Notes: generated by a model from the sequence alone, not told the origin. A DNA stretch of 64,000 bases from Desulfosudaceae bacterium (GCA_963674745.2 CAXXDV010000001.1:1728001-1792000); one strand, 5' to 3'; counted from the first letter of the stretch, positions 39,590 through 50,717 are shown. Made by a program: numbers and translations.

Positions 39590-41716
39590 ATGGACAAATT
39601 AAACGCCATCTTCGCGCCCAAATCCGTTGCCGTCATCGGCGCTTCCACCACCCCCGGAAAGGTAGGCCACGACCTGTTTGAAAATATTTTAGACGGCCAT
39701 TTCCAGGGGACCCTTTATCCCGTCAACCCCAAAGCCGATGCCATCCTCTGCGTCAAGGCCTATCCCAGCGTACTGGCCATACCGGACCCGGTGGACCTGG
39801 CCATGATTATCCTGCCACCCGTGGCCGCGCTCAAGGCTATTGACGATTGCATTACCAAAAAGGTCAAGGGCGTGGTGATTGTATCGGCCGGTTTTAAGGA
39901 AGTGGGCGGGGAAGGCAAGCAGATCGAAGATAAGATTGCCCGGCGCTGTAAAAAAGCCGGTATCCCCCTGGTCGGCCCCAACTGCCTGGGCGTGATCAAC
40001 CCCAAGGAAAAGGTCCGCTTAAATGCCAGTTTTTCGTCCCGCATGCCCCGGACCGGCAATATTTCCTTTATTTCCCAGAGCGGGGCCCTGTGCACGGCGG
40101 TGCTGGATTTTGCAGCCGACATGGGCGTGGGCTTCTCAAAGTTTATTTCCACCGGTAACAAGGCGGATGTGGATGAGCTTGAACTGCTCAAGTATCTGCA
40201 CAAGGACAGAGACACCGACGTCATCATGATGTACATGGAAGAACTCAAGCGGGGCGGTCAGGAATTTATCGATACCGTCCGGGATATCACTTCGGGCAGG
40301 AACCCGACGCCCATTCTGGCCATTAAGTCGGGCCGGACCGGTGCCGGCGCGGCTGCGGCCTCTTCCCACACGGGCTCCATTGCCGGGTCCGAAGGCGTGT
40401 ATGACGCCATTTTTGCCGAGACCGGCATCATCCGGGTTGAGTCGGTCAACGAACTGTTTGATTATGCCGGTGCCTTTGCCGCCAAGAAATTTCCCCGGGG
40501 AAAACGCATCGCCATTGTCACCAATGCCGGTGGTCCGGGTATCGTGGCTACCGATATGACCGAGGTCAGCGGGCTGGAACTGGCCCGGTTTTCTCCGGAA
40601 ACGACCGAAACCCTGGCCAGCCACCTGCCGCCCACGGCCAATATCCATAACCCGGTGGACATCATCGGTGACGCCGACCCCGAGCGTTACCAGAATGCCC
40701 TGGAAGCGGTCATCAAAGACGAACAGACCGACAGTGCCCTGGTCATCCTTACGCCCCAGTCCATGACCAATGCCATCAAGGTGGCCAAAGTGATTTCAAA
40801 AATTGCCAAACTCACACCCAAGCCGGTTGTGTGCTCCTTTATGGGCGTGGTGGATGTATCCGAGGGTGTAAAACATCTTCAGGACAGTCACATTCCGGTT
40901 TATCGCTTCCCGGAAAACGCGGCCAAGGCCATCGGCGCCCTTTATCGATCCGAACAGTGGGTGCACCGCCAGAAGCTGGCCCAGTTCAAATTGTCGCACA
41001 ATAAAAAACGCGCCCGGGAGATCATCACCACCTGCCGCAAAAACGGTCAGACCTATATCGCGGAACTGGAAGGCAATGCCATTCTGGAATGTTATGGATT
41101 TCCGGTGCTGCCCACCGTTCTGGCTGAAGACGCGGACAAGGCAGTAAAGATTGCCGAAGATATGGGATACCCGGTGGTCATGAAAATCGTCTCGCCGCAG
41201 ATTATCCATAAGTCAGAGGCGGATGGTGTGCGGGTGGGGTTGAAAACCGGTGAAGAGGTGCGGGCCGCTTTTGAGACAATTGTTAAAAACGCGCAAGGTT
41301 ATGACCCCAAGGCGACAATTCGGGGCGTGCTGGTGCAGAAGCTGGCCCCAAAGGGTGAGGAAGTCATCCTGGGTATCAATCGTTACCCGGGATTCGGTCA
41401 TTTAATCATGTTCGGGCTGGGCGGTATTTTTGTCGAATTGTTCAAGGACGTTGTTTTCCGCCTGGCGCCCATCGGCCGGAACAATGCCGTCAGAATGATC
41501 AGGAACATCCGATCGTTCCCCATGTTGGATGGTTTCCGGGGCAAGCCCAAACGGGATATCGCGGCGCTGCAGAAGATGCTGGTCAGCCTGTCCGATATGG
41601 TCATGGACAACCCGGAAATCGTGGAACTGGATATCAATCCCCTGATTGTGCATGAACAGGGCAAGGGCGCTACCGTGGCCGACCTGCGGATCATCGTCGA
41701 TCCGCCGGCCAAATGA
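39590..41716 (+). CDS. ADP-forming acetate/acyl-CoA ligase (CoA-binding N-terminal, ATP-grasp C-terminal)
   Basis: SVAVIGAS, GPNCLG, SQSGA, SSHTGS, TNAGGPG, HKSE..GV, ELDINPL. Confidence 0.92.
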   Translation: MDKLNAIFAPKSVAVIGASTTPGKVGHDLFENILDGHFQGTLYPVNPKADAILCVKAYPSVLAIPDPVDLAMIILPPVAALKAIDDCITKKVKGVVIVSAGFKEVGGEGKQIEDKIARRCKKAGIPLVGPNCLGVINPKEKVRLNASFSSRMPRTGNISFISQSGALCTAVLDFAADMGVGFSKFISTGNKADVDELELLKYLHKDRDTDVIMMYMEELKRGGQEFIDTVRDITSGRNPTPILAIKSGRTGAGAAAASSHTGSIAGSEGVYDAIFAETGIIRVESVNELFDYAGAFAAKKFPRGKRIAIVTNAGGPGIVATDMTEVSGLELARFSPETTETLASHLPPTANIHNPVDIIGDADPERYQNALEAVIKDEQTDSALVILTPQSMTNAIKVAKVISKIAKLTPKPVVCSFMGVVDVSEGVKHLQDSHIPVYRFPENAAKAIGALYRSEQWVHRQKLAQFKLSHNKKRAREIITTCRKNGQTYIAELEGNAILECYGFPVLPTVLAEDADKAVKIAEDMGYPVVMKIVSPQIIHKSEADGVRVGLKTGEEVRAAFETIVKNAQGYDPKATIRGVLVQKLAPKGEEVILGINRYPGFGHLIMFGLGGIFVELFKDVVFRLAPIGRNNAVRMIRNIRSFPMLDGFRGKPKRDIAALQKMLVSLSDMVMDNPEIVELDINPLIVHEQGKGATVADLRIIVDPPAK

Positions 41717-41737
41717 TAATCGCCGGACAAGCAAGTC

Positions 41738-42352
41738 ATGAATGTCCTTTACCCTGTTATCATGGCCGTGCCGGAGGCGCTTGCACGATTGCCCCGCCCG
41801 GAAGCACAGCGCGCTTTGAGCCGTTTGGCCAGGCAGCCCCTGGCCTTGTCGGCGCTGAAAAAGGGCGTTCGGCTTCCGGCTGTGCTTGAAAAAAGCCGGC
41901 AGGGTGCACCCCTGCCGGCAGACGACCTTTGGTGGTCGGTAACGCACAAGCCGGAATTTGTGGCCGGTGTCGTCTCGTTTCGACAAACCGGAATTGATGT
42001 TGAAAAAATCGTCCCGGTCTCATCGGGACTTTTTAAAAAAATCGTCAGCCCGGAAGAACAATCTTTTTTTGACTGCAATCCCCAAACCGTTTTTTTCAGA
42101 TGCTGGACCGCCAAGGAAGCCGTGCTCAAAGCCGAAGGAAAAGGGCTGGCCGGACTGAACCGGTGCCGGATTGATGATGTGCTGGACGATTCATGCCTGA
42201 CGGTTACCTTTGACAACACCCGCTGGCTGGTGGAACAGTGGCCGTTCAACGGTCACCTGGCGGCTGTTGTAAAAGAAAAGACGGACCGTGTTCAATGGAC
42301 GATGCTGGACGCTGATGAAAACGAGATACGAACACTTTGTGCAAGTGAATAG
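41738..42352 (+). CDS. 4'-phosphopantetheinyl transferase (Sfp-like)
   Basis: WSVTH, GIDVE, FFRCWTAKEAVLKAEGKGL. Confidence 0.9.
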   Translation: MNVLYPVIMAVPEALARLPRPEAQRALSRLARQPLALSALKKGVRLPAVLEKSRQGAPLPADDLWWSVTHKPEFVAGVVSFRQTGIDVEKIVPVSSGLFKKIVSPEEQSFFDCNPQTVFFRCWTAKEAVLKAEGKGLAGLNRCRIDDVLDDSCLTVTFDNTRWLVEQWPFNGHLAAVVKEKTDRVQWTMLDADENEIRTLCASE

Positions 42353-42355
42353 GCC

Positions 42356-43630
42356 ATGGCCCTGACCCGACCGGAAAAAAGCTGGATTCTTTACGATGTT
42401 GCCAACTCGGCCTTTGTGCTGATCGTTACCACCACCCTGATGCCGATTTTCTTCAAGGCCCATGCCGCTTTTGATATGCCCGCGGACAAGGCCACCGCTT
42501 ACTGGGGTTTTACCGTGGCCGCGGCCTCTCTGATTGTCGCCATGTCTGCGCCTTTTCTGGGAACCCTGGCCGACTTCCAGGGCTATAAGAAAAAAATGCT
42601 GGCCGGCGCCATGGTTGTCGGGGTCCTGGCCACGTTGCTGTTCACCCTGGTTCAACCCGGCCAGTGGCTGTTCTGTCTGATATTGTATAGTGTTGCCCGG
42701 ATCGGTTTTTCCGGGGCCAATATTTTTTATGATGCCTTTTTAGTGGATGTGACCACCGACGACCGCATGGACAGAATTTCAGCCTTTGGTTACGGCTGGG
42801 GGTATATCGGCAGTGTTGTTCCTTTTTTGGCATCAATCGCCGCGCTCTTCCTGGCCAAAGGGCTGCTTCATGCTGACCATTTTCCGGCAGTGGGTTTTAT
42901 GGCTGCCTTTGCGTTGACGGCCGTGTGGTGGGCGGTTTTTTCCATACCGATTTTAAAAGACGTGCGTCAGACCCATTTTACGCCGCCTTCAACCAGGCCC
43001 TTGATCGATTCGGCGATTACCCTGACCAACACCATCAGAAAAATCGGACAGCACAAAAATATCGCCGTTTTTCTGCTGGCTTATTTTTTCTATATCGACG
43101 GTGTTCACACCATTATCAGCATGGCCCTGGCCTACGGGCTGGACCAGGAGTTGAGCCAGACCATTCTGATTGCCGTGGTCCTGTTTATCCAGATTATGGG
43201 CTGGCCCTGCGCCATCCTGTTCGGTCTGCTGGCCGCGCGCGTTTCCGCCAAATTGATGATTCTGGCCGGTATCGGGGTTTACTGTGTGCTGACGTTTGTC
43301 GGCTATATGCTGCCGGTCATTGACAATCCTGATCACAAGATCGTCGTTTTTTTTGCCATGGGTTTTTTGATCGCGCTGGCACAGGGAGGGGTGCAGTCGT
43401 TGAGCCGTTCTTTTTTCGGCCGCATGATTCCCAAAGACCGGGCCGCCGAGTTTTTCGGGTTTTATAATATTTTTGGAAAATTTGCCGCCATTATCGGTCC
43501 GGGACTGATGGGACTGGCCACACTGGTGACCGGTTCTTCCCGTTACGGCGTGCTGTCCATCCTGGCGTTGTTCCTGATTGGAGGGGGGTTGCTCTGCCTT
43601 GTCAAGAAGCCGGAAAGTCGCGGGCAGTAA
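42356..43630 (+). CDS. MFS transporter (UMF1/Atg22-like)
   Basis: WILYDVANSAF, FYDAFL, GYGWGYIG, FFYIDGV, EFFGFY. Confidence 0.9.
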   Translation: MALTRPEKSWILYDVANSAFVLIVTTTLMPIFFKAHAAFDMPADKATAYWGFTVAAASLIVAMSAPFLGTLADFQGYKKKMLAGAMVVGVLATLLFTLVQPGQWLFCLILYSVARIGFSGANIFYDAFLVDVTTDDRMDRISAFGYGWGYIGSVVPFLASIAALFLAKGLLHADHFPAVGFMAAFALTAVWWAVFSIPILKDVRQTHFTPPSTRPLIDSAITLTNTIRKIGQHKNIAVFLLAYFFYIDGVHTIISMALAYGLDQELSQTILIAVVLFIQIMGWPCAILFGLLAARVSAKLMILAGIGVYCVLTFVGYMLPVIDNPDHKIVVFFAMGFLIALAQGGVQSLSRSFFGRMIPKDRAAEFFGFYNIFGKFAAIIGPGLMGLATLVTGSSRYGVLSILALFLIGGGLLCLVKKPESRGQ

Positions 43631-43633
43631 TAT

Positions 43634-43740
43634 GTAGCGGAGGGTTTTACAGCCTGTCCTACAACGCGTCATCCCGGCTTCTCCGGTAGGGGCGACCGGC
43701 TGGTCGTCCCTGCACACGGGCAACCTTCGGTTGGCCCGTG
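43634..43740. repeat. cluster of GTAG-type REP-like hairpins
   Basis: GTAG...CTAC (43634-43662); GTAGGGGCGACC-GGC-TGGTCGTCCCTGC (from 43686); CACGGGCAACC/GGTTGGCCCGTG. Confidence 0.6.
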
Positions 43741-43771
43741 GCACCCCTTAAAGAAATATCCACAGGATACC

Positions 43772-44947
43772 TTATGGTTTCATTCCCAGCGCCCCCTTGG
43801 TCGCGGCCACCAGTCGGCCGACGTTGCCTTTTTTTCCGGCCATGATGACATCGAACATCTCTTCGGCGTTTTCAGGCGGTACGGTTTCGGCTTCTTTTTT
43901 TACCAGTTTCAGCGATTCGGTCTTGCAGGTGGTCACGCAAAGGCCGCAGCCGATGCATTTACCGACATCCAGGATCGCCTTTTTGTCCTTGATTTCAAAG
44001 GCCCCCATCTGGCATCGCCGTACGCATTTGCCGCAGCCGTTACACGATTCAGTATCGAGGGTGACATAATAGTTGCTGGCCGCGAAATCCGCCGGCCGGG
44101 GCATGGTGCGCATAATTTCCAGAATACCGCAGCAGCAGCCGCAGCACATGCAGATGAACTGGGGGTCCTTTTCGTTGGAGGGCTGGATGACGAGTCCCTC
44201 TTTTTCCGCCTGGTCGACACGCGCCAGGGCCTCTTCTTTGGAAATCGGCCGTCCCCAGCCGTTTCGGGAGTACATTTCACCGAACTCCTGAAAACCCAGG
44301 CAGGCTTCTTTCAAGTCGGTCGCTTTGCAGGGCTCGCCCACCAAATTTTTGGCCTTGCGGCAGATACATTCGGCGATGGAAATCCCCATTTTGGTGTTTT
44401 CAATGATGTTGCGGACTTCGTCATAGGTGGCAATGTTGTGTTCGGCGGTGACGCTTTTTTCAACGGGAATAACCCGCATCTGGGGGATGGCCGAAGTCAG
44501 GTATTCGATTCCCCAGATTTTGGTCACGTATTCCCGGAGGTCAAGGTAAAAGCCGGGATTAACCCTGTCAAGCTGCATTTCATACATGCCGATGATCAAC
44601 GGGTGCAGGGCATACTGCCAGACGCCGTCAACTTCCTTGGCAAAAATAATCCCCTTTTTTTCCATGCCGGACAACATCTCTTCCACTTGTTCCCGTGACA
44701 ATTCAAGGGCGTTACCGGCCTTGTTGAAAATCGTGTCCGCGGTTTCAAAATGCCAGTCCATGTAAACCGCCAGTTTGGCCTCTTGAATACTGAACATGGC
44801 TTTGAGCAGGCGCCGTTCCACACCGGAAAACGTGGCCGGCAACCCCACCGGCAGGGTGTCCAGGTGCTTCTGCAGGGCTTTATAGGTTTTGTCCCATTGC
44901 CGTAGATCGATCAGCTTGTCTTTTATCGCCGTGGCCACCTGTTTCAT
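43772..44947 (-). CDS. 4Fe-4S binding protein
   Basis: CICR, ICMCCGCCCG, CNGCGKCVRRC, CIGCGLCVTTC; GGAGG RBS before MKQV. Confidence 0.88.
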   Translation of the reverse strand: MKQVATAIKDKLIDLRQWDKTYKALQKHLDTLPVGLPATFSGVERRLLKAMFSIQEAKLAVYMDWHFETADTIFNKAGNALELSREQVEEMLSGMEKKGIIFAKEVDGVWQYALHPLIIGMYEMQLDRVNPGFYLDLREYVTKIWGIEYLTSAIPQMRVIPVEKSVTAEHNIATYDEVRNIIENTKMGISIAECICRKAKNLVGEPCKATDLKEACLGFQEFGEMYSRNGWGRPISKEEALARVDQAEKEGLVIQPSNEKDPQFICMCCGCCCGILEIMRTMPRPADFAASNYYVTLDTESCNGCGKCVRRCQMGAFEIKDKKAILDVGKCIGCGLCVTTCKTESLKLVKKEAETVPPENAEEMFDVIMAGKKGNVGRLVAATKGALGMKP

Positions 44948-45416
44948 GCTGCCTCCTGTGCTGGTTTGATCTTTAAAAGATGTTTCTGATATTTTTACAG
45001 CAAACGATGACGGTTGTAAACAACCCCCGTATTTATCGGGCAGGGAAAACAATTGGCCCGGAGGGACAATATCCGGGTTAAGGCCGATTTTATATGGTTT
45101 CATATGAATTGACAAAAAGTATTGGAACAGGTAAAATAAATAAATATAAACAGTTGTATGTTATTTCAGCTTTCAATATTTTTTCATACTCAATAAGCCG
45201 GTCATTCAAGAAGCGTTTCATGAAAAGAGAATGAAAGCATCTCGGTCACCATGAAACTTTTTGTCGGCTTAGGTCGTACTGAAAGCCCTGAACGACGCTT
45301 TGCAGACAGCTATTGTTGAATTTGTCAACGTTCAGGCACTGGTTGAATGATATAATAGATGGGTAATCGCGGACGCGCGGGAAATCGACGCACAGGCACC
45401 TCAAGGGGGATTGAAA

Positions 45417-45941
45417 ATGAACGACACCAAAGAGGCCCGGAGCAACACCTATTTAACTTTTTATCTGGATGAAGACCTGTTCGGCCTGAACATTCATCTG
45501 GTTCGTGAGGTGCTTGAGTATACGGCCATTACCAGGGTACCCATGACGGCCGATTTTATGCGCGGGGTGATTAATGTTCGGGGACATGTGGTGCCGGTTG
45601 TGGACCTTCGCCGGAAATTCGGTCTGGAAAAAGCCGAACAGACCGTCAACACCTGTATTATTATTGTTGAGCTTGAAATTGACGGTGAATCATCAACCAT
45701 GGGCGCGTTGGTAGACGGTGTGCAGGAGGTTTTGAACATCATGCCCGAGCAGATCGAAGCCACTCCACGCCTGGGCAGCCGAATCGACACCCGGTTTATT
45801 CAGGGCATCGGTAAACTGGCTGAAAAATTTGTGATCCTGCTTGATATACAGACGATTTTCACTATGGATGAATTGAACATGCTGGCGGATATGCAGCAAC
45901 AGGAATCATCCGCCGAAAACGGGGCCGCTGTATCGCCCTGA
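45417..45941 (+). CDS. cheW: chemotaxis protein CheW
   Basis: YLTF, VREVLE..ITRVP, GVINVRG.VVPVVDLR, LVDGVQEV. Confidence 0.93.
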   Translation: MNDTKEARSNTYLTFYLDEDLFGLNIHLVREVLEYTAITRVPMTADFMRGVINVRGHVVPVVDLRRKFGLEKAEQTVNTCIIIVELEIDGESSTMGALVDGVQEVLNIMPEQIEATPRLGSRIDTRFIQGIGKLAEKFVILLDIQTIFTMDELNMLADMQQQESSAENGAAVSP

Positions 45942-45986
45942 TTTGAGATTCGATTGAAATTGTCATTATCGGTATCTAGACCATAA

Positions 45987-47270
45987 TTATTCGTCGATAT
46001 TAAACAGCTTTTTGACGGTATCCAGATAAAGGTTCCGGCTCTTCTTGTCAGCCTTGTTTTTCAGAAACATCGTCGGGTCGTGCATGATTTTGCTGACGAT
46101 GGCCTCGGTCATTCGTGAAACCGCTTCACGGTCCTGGTCGTTCAGTTCTTTTAAAACACCCAGCGTCTTTTCCGCTTCAGTCCGGGTAATGGCCCCTATT
46201 TTTTCCCGCAGGGCCACTACGGTCGGTATCACATCCAGGTTGTCATACCATGACCGGAACTTGATGACGGATTCATCTACAATCCGTTCTGCTTTAACCG
46301 CTTCTTTGCGGCGCTCTTCCAGGTTGCCGTCGATAACATCCTTTAAATCGTCAATGTCATATACGTAGGCATTTTCCAGTTTATTGATGTCCGGATCGAT
46401 GTCCCTGGGAACGGCGATGTCAATGAAGAACAGCGGCCGGTTTTTGCGGCTGCGCATGACCCCTTTGACCTGGTTCCGGGTGATGACCAGGCCGGGGGCG
46501 CCTGTGGAGCTGACGACAATATCTACCGATGCGAGCAGGTTGGGGATCTCTTCAAAGCTGACGGCGGTGCCGTTAAACGTTCTCGCCAGGGTTATGGCGC
46601 GTTCCAGGGTCCGGTTGGCCACCCAGATGTTGTCCGCCCGGTTGCCGGCCAGGTGCTCGACGGCCAGTTCCGCCATTTCGCCGGCTCCCACCAGCAGCAC
46701 TTTTTTTTCTTCCAGGGAACCGAATATTTTCCGGGCCAGTTCAATGGCCGCGTAGCTGATTGAAACCGCGCTGTCGCCGATTCCGGTTTCGCTTCGGACC
46801 CGCTTGGCCACGAAAAATGTCCGGTGTATCAGCCGGTTCAAGATGACGCCGGTCGTGCTTCGCGTCACGGCCTGACGGTAAGCTTTTTTTACCTGGCCGA
46901 AAATCTGGGGTTCGCCGACAACCATGGAATCAAGCCCTGAAGCCACCCGAAAAAGATGCCGAACAGCCGCGTCTCCCTGGTGATGATATAAAACCGGTGC
47001 CAGCTTTTCTTCCGGTACCTTTTTTAATTCGCAGAGGTATGAGATCACGGCGGCAGTTGCGGCCGCCGCGTCGTTTGTTGAAAAGAGGATCTCTACCCGG
47101 TTGCAGGTGGAAAAAAGAATTACCTCATGGATCAGGTCCAGCTCAATCAGGGCGTCCAGGGCCGACAACACGTCATCATCCGCGAAAGCCAGTTTTTCGC
47201 GTATCTCCAACGGCGCAGTCTGATGATTGACGCCTGCGAGGATTATGGTGTCGGTTTTTTTATCTTCCAT
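45987..47270 (-). CDS. hemA: glutamyl-tRNA reductase
   Basis: STCNRVE, HLFRVASGLDSMVVGEPQIFGQ, GAGEM, IDIAVPRDID. Confidence 0.97.
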   Translation of the reverse strand: MEDKKTDTIILAGVNHQTAPLEIREKLAFADDDVLSALDALIELDLIHEVILFSTCNRVEILFSTNDAAAATAAVISYLCELKKVPEEKLAPVLYHHQGDAAVRHLFRVASGLDSMVVGEPQIFGQVKKAYRQAVTRSTTGVILNRLIHRTFFVAKRVRSETGIGDSAVSISYAAIELARKIFGSLEEKKVLLVGAGEMAELAVEHLAGNRADNIWVANRTLERAITLARTFNGTAVSFEEIPNLLASVDIVVSSTGAPGLVITRNQVKGVMRSRKNRPLFFIDIAVPRDIDPDINKLENAYVYDIDDLKDVIDGNLEERRKEAVKAERIVDESVIKFRSWYDNLDVIPTVVALREKIGAITRTEAEKTLGVLKELNDQDREAVSRMTEAIVSKIMHDPTMFLKNKADKKSRNLYLDTVKKLFNIDE

Positions 47271-47294
47271 TTTTCATATCGATAATTGCAGTCG

Positions 47295-48128
47295 TCAAAC
47301 TTTCGTAAACACCCCGTGGTGACCTTCCAGCAGAAAATTTACGCCCAGAAAGGTAAACAGCAGCACCCCCAGCCCGATAATGGCCATGATCGCCGCCCGG
47401 CGGCCACGCCATCCCACCACCAGCCGTTCATGGAGAAGTGCGGCATATACCAGCCAGGTGATACCCGACCAGACCTCCTTGGGGTCCCAGGCCCAGAACC
47501 GGCCCCATGCCAGGCCGGCATAAATAATGCCCGTGATTAACCCCACCGTCAGCATGATGAACCCCAGTACCAGGCAGGCATATCCGGCGCTGTCCAGCAA
47601 TTCCAGGGGCGGCAGCCTTTTGTAGAAAAAACCCCTCTTTTTGTGTTTGATGGCCCGTTCCTGGATCAGGTAAAAAACGCCCACACCGCCGGCCAGGGCC
47701 AGGGCGGCATCACCGACAAATATGGTGATAATATGCACGATCAACCAGGTGTTACCGGCCAGGCTTTTCAGGTTGGCCACCGGCTCCCCGGAAGGCTCGG
47801 GCAGCAAAAGTGCTGCCAGCACAGCCAGCAGCACCATGGGGGCAACGTAAATGCCGAAAAATTTCAGGTTTAATTTGCGGTGCAGAACCAGAAAGACACC
47901 GGCCAGGGCCCATCCCGAGATAAACAGCGCCTGGGCCAGCGTAAAGGCCGGAATATGGCCGAGGGCGGCTATTTGAATTCCCAGAAGAATCGAATGAAAC
48001 AGAAAACCGCCGGTAAAGGCGTAACGGCCGGCATTATAAAAAGGATCCCGCTGCGCGATCAGATACACGAAATATAACACCATGCTGATGCCATAAGAAG
48101 CTACCATGAGAATCGCCGCAATGTTCAT
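47295..48128 (-). CDS. ccsA: cytochrome c biogenesis protein CcsA/HemX-like
   Basis: Multi-TM; WGRFWAWDPKEVWS.ITW..Y. Confidence 0.88.
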   Translation of the reverse strand: MNIAAILMVASYGISMVLYFVYLIAQRDPFYNAGRYAFTGGFLFHSILLGIQIAALGHIPAFTLAQALFISGWALAGVFLVLHRKLNLKFFGIYVAPMVLLAVLAALLLPEPSGEPVANLKSLAGNTWLIVHIITIFVGDAALALAGGVGVFYLIQERAIKHKKRGFFYKRLPPLELLDSAGYACLVLGFIMLTVGLITGIIYAGLAWGRFWAWDPKEVWSGITWLVYAALLHERLVVGWRGRRAAIMAIIGLGVLLFTFLGVNFLLEGHHGVFTKV

Positions 48129-48140
48129 GCTTTTTTCCCT

Positions 48141-48803
48141 TTACCAGTGAAATCCAAGCTCATCGATTGAGAAGCCTTGTCCAAGCGTTTCAGACAGAAT
48201 CCGGTCAATTTCCGATCTGCGTTTATTCCGGATCAACTCGGGTAATTCGCTGCTGACCAGACGTTCAAACAACGGCTTGTGCGCTTCGGGTGCATGTTCC
48301 TCCGCCAGCAGTCTGTTCCGGATCAGTCCCATCAGCCGGAGAAAGTCGCCATACTCGCTGCCGAAAAGCGCCTCCAGGTTTTTCCTTAAATGCCGTGCAA
48401 AGGCCGGGCTTCTGCCTGAAGTGGAAATGGCGATCTGCAGGTCGTCACGCTGGACCACCGATGGCAGGATAAAATTACATGCCTGCGGAAAGTCGGCGAT
48501 ATTGCACAGAATACCCCGGTCTTCGGCATCCCGGCTGATGCGGTTGTTTAATGTCATGTCGCTGGTTGCGCCGAAAACCAGGAAAATGCCCGTCAGGTCG
48601 GCCTCGGTATAAGGCCTTTTTTCCAGAAGGATGGACCCTTGAGCAGCCATTTCTTCCAGTTCGGCGGAAGCGGTCAGGGCCACCACCTGGACTTTGGCGC
48701 CGCAGTCCACCAGCGATTTTACCTTTCGTGTGCCGACGGCACCACCGCCGACAACCAGGCAGTTCCGGTTTTTGATATCCAGACATACAGGATAGTATTT
48801 CAT
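48141..48803 (-). CDS. precorrin-2 dehydrogenase/sirohydrochlorin ferrochelatase (SirC/CysG N-terminal)
   Basis: YYPVCL, VVGGGAVGTRK, CNIAD.P..CNFILP, IAISTSGRSPA. Confidence 0.92.
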   Translation of the reverse strand: MKYYPVCLDIKNRNCLVVGGGAVGTRKVKSLVDCGAKVQVVALTASAELEEMAAQGSILLEKRPYTEADLTGIFLVFGATSDMTLNNRISRDAEDRGILCNIADFPQACNFILPSVVQRDDLQIAISTSGRSPAFARHLRKNLEALFGSEYGDFLRLMGLIRNRLLAEEHAPEAHKPLFERLVSSELPELIRNKRRSEIDRILSETLGQGFSIDELGFHW

Positions 48804-48833
48804 TTAAAGGTTATCCTTCAGCTTGCTTGTCCG

Positions 48834-49607
48834 TTATATTTCAATACGCAGCAGATCTTCGGCCAGAATAATCTCGCCACTGTATGTACCGGCGCATTGC
48901 TGTCTGATATCCACCTTATCACACTCCGGATAAAAATGGGTCAGAACCAGACGCTTTACTTCGGCCTGCTGTGCGATCTCTCCGGCCAAAGAAGGCGTCA
49001 AATGGCCTTCTGTTTTTAAATCATCCGGCAGGGCTGATTCACAGATCAACACGTCCGCCCGGTGTGAAAGCCGGATCAGGTTTTCACTGACATCGGTATC
49101 TCCCGAGTAAACCACCGAAGTGTTTCCCACGGTCACCCGGAAAGCCACGCTTTCCGGTCGATGGGCAACCGGTCGGGTGGTTACCGAAAAATCACCGGTG
49201 TAATAATTGTCCGCTTTATCCGTGTCAAATTCTTTCAATACCAGTAAATCGTTGTCCAGATCAATCCATTCACCGTAAACAACCCTTAATCCGTTGAAAA
49301 AATCCAGCAGGCCTTTCCCGCCGGCCAGTGTCAGTGGGGTTGTTCGTTGCGGAGGAAAGGAATATTTATTTGCAAACAGAAGTGATGCCAGTTCACCGCT
49401 ATGATCAAGATGAAAATGGCTTAAAAAAAGGTGCGTCATCTCAAAAATGGTAACACCGGCTTCCAGCATTCGTCTCATGGTGCCGGGACCGCAGTCAAAA
49501 ACCGCTTTCGCCCCGCCGGCTTCTAATAATAATGAACAGGCGCTCCGTTTGAGTGACGGTACGCACGTCCCTGAACCGAGAATGGTAATGGTAAGTCGGT
49601 GATTCAT
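48834..49607 (-). CDS. MBL-fold metallo-hydrolase (RNase Z-like)
   Basis: LGSG, DCGPG, SHFHLDH, YSGDT, GHLT, LTHFYP. Confidence 0.9.
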   Translation of the reverse strand: MNHRLTITILGSGTCVPSLKRSACSLLLEAGGAKAVFDCGPGTMRRMLEAGVTIFEMTHLFLSHFHLDHSGELASLLFANKYSFPPQRTTPLTLAGGKGLLDFFNGLRVVYGEWIDLDNDLLVLKEFDTDKADNYYTGDFSVTTRPVAHRPESVAFRVTVGNTSVVYSGDTDVSENLIRLSHRADVLICESALPDDLKTEGHLTPSLAGEIAQQAEVKRLVLTHFYPECDKVDIRQQCAGTYSGEIILAEDLLRIEI

Positions 49608-49871
49608 GTTTATGGATAAACCTGTTCGAAGTTTGTCGGCACCGGCAGATAAACGCTATACCCGGTTTCAAGCAAGCCGATCATACAACAAACCTGGTTG
49701 CCATTCAAGTCCGACCGGCAAGTCCATAAATTGTTGACATGTTGCTTCAATTTCGCTATAAATTAAGGTGATTTTTTTTCGGTATGGTGCCGCTGGCTTG
49801 TCTCGTTTTAACATATTGATTTTTTAATAAGTTTTTAGCTGAGAGTGCTTTTTGACTCGGGTGAGGGCGTA

Positions 49872-50555
49872 ATGATGACAAAACGAGAAATAGAAGATAC
49901 GGTAAATTTTGATCAGGCCGACCTTGATTTTATCCAGGATGAGAAGATTGAAGTAGGAAAAGACCTTCTTTATTCCGGCCGGGGCAAGGGTTCGTTTGTT
50001 GTTTTTACTACCGGTGCTGATAAAGGTAACGTAATACCGATCAATAAAGACAAGGTGGTTATCGGGCGTGACAAGAGTGCGGATATTGTTATCGCTAAAA
50101 AGTTTGTCTCAAAAAAACATGCCAAGATCGTTACCCGTGAAAACAAGGTGGAGCTTTTCGATTTCGGGAGCACCAATGGGACGTTTGTCAATGACGATCA
50201 GATCGACCGGGCCGAACTTAAAGATCAGGATGAGATCAGGATCGGCGATGTCATTATCAAATATTTTCGTATCGATCTTGATGATGGCAGCCTGGGTCAG
50301 AGCCTGCCGGTAGATCAGGGCGAAACCGTTTCCGATTTTTATGATCGGATTTTTGAAATTCTTAAACCCAGTTTTGGCCAAATGACCAACCGGTTTTTAA
50401 ACAGACAGATCACAGCCCACGTGGGCAAGACACCTTATACGATTTCAGTTTCGGATAAAAAGGCCCTGGCAAAATGGGTGAAAATTTCAGCGGGCCTTTT
50501 GCTGGACGAGGAAATCGCTGCCAGGCTGGCAGATGAAATTTTATCTTTAAAGTGA
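49872..50555 (+). CDS. FHA domain protein
   Basis: IGRD...VSKKHA...GSTNGTFVN. Confidence 0.9.
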   Translation: MMTKREIEDTVNFDQADLDFIQDEKIEVGKDLLYSGRGKGSFVVFTTGADKGNVIPINKDKVVIGRDKSADIVIAKKFVSKKHAKIVTRENKVELFDFGSTNGTFVNDDQIDRAELKDQDEIRIGDVIIKYFRIDLDDGSLGQSLPVDQGETVSDFYDRIFEILKPSFGQMTNRFLNRQITAHVGKTPYTISVSDKKALAKWVKISAGLLLDEEIAARLADEILSLK

Positions 50556-50717
50556 TGGCGGTATCTTTTCAAGGGACGGTTTGCTCCGTATCGACTGTTT
50601 GCCCTGCTCCCTGAGACGGCTTTCAGGGTAAGGCCCCGATCAAAAGCCGCGACAACTGTTTTTCCCGCTGATAACACCAATTACACCAGCGGTCTTAATG
50701 TTGTTCAAGAGATCAGC

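Noticed and set aside
45180..45410. Riboswitch upstream of cheW
   Set aside because: One hairpin is present (CCTGAACG 45287-45294/CGTTCAGG 45329-45336) but no recognisable c-di-GMP or other aptamer consensus; an Rfam scan would settle it.
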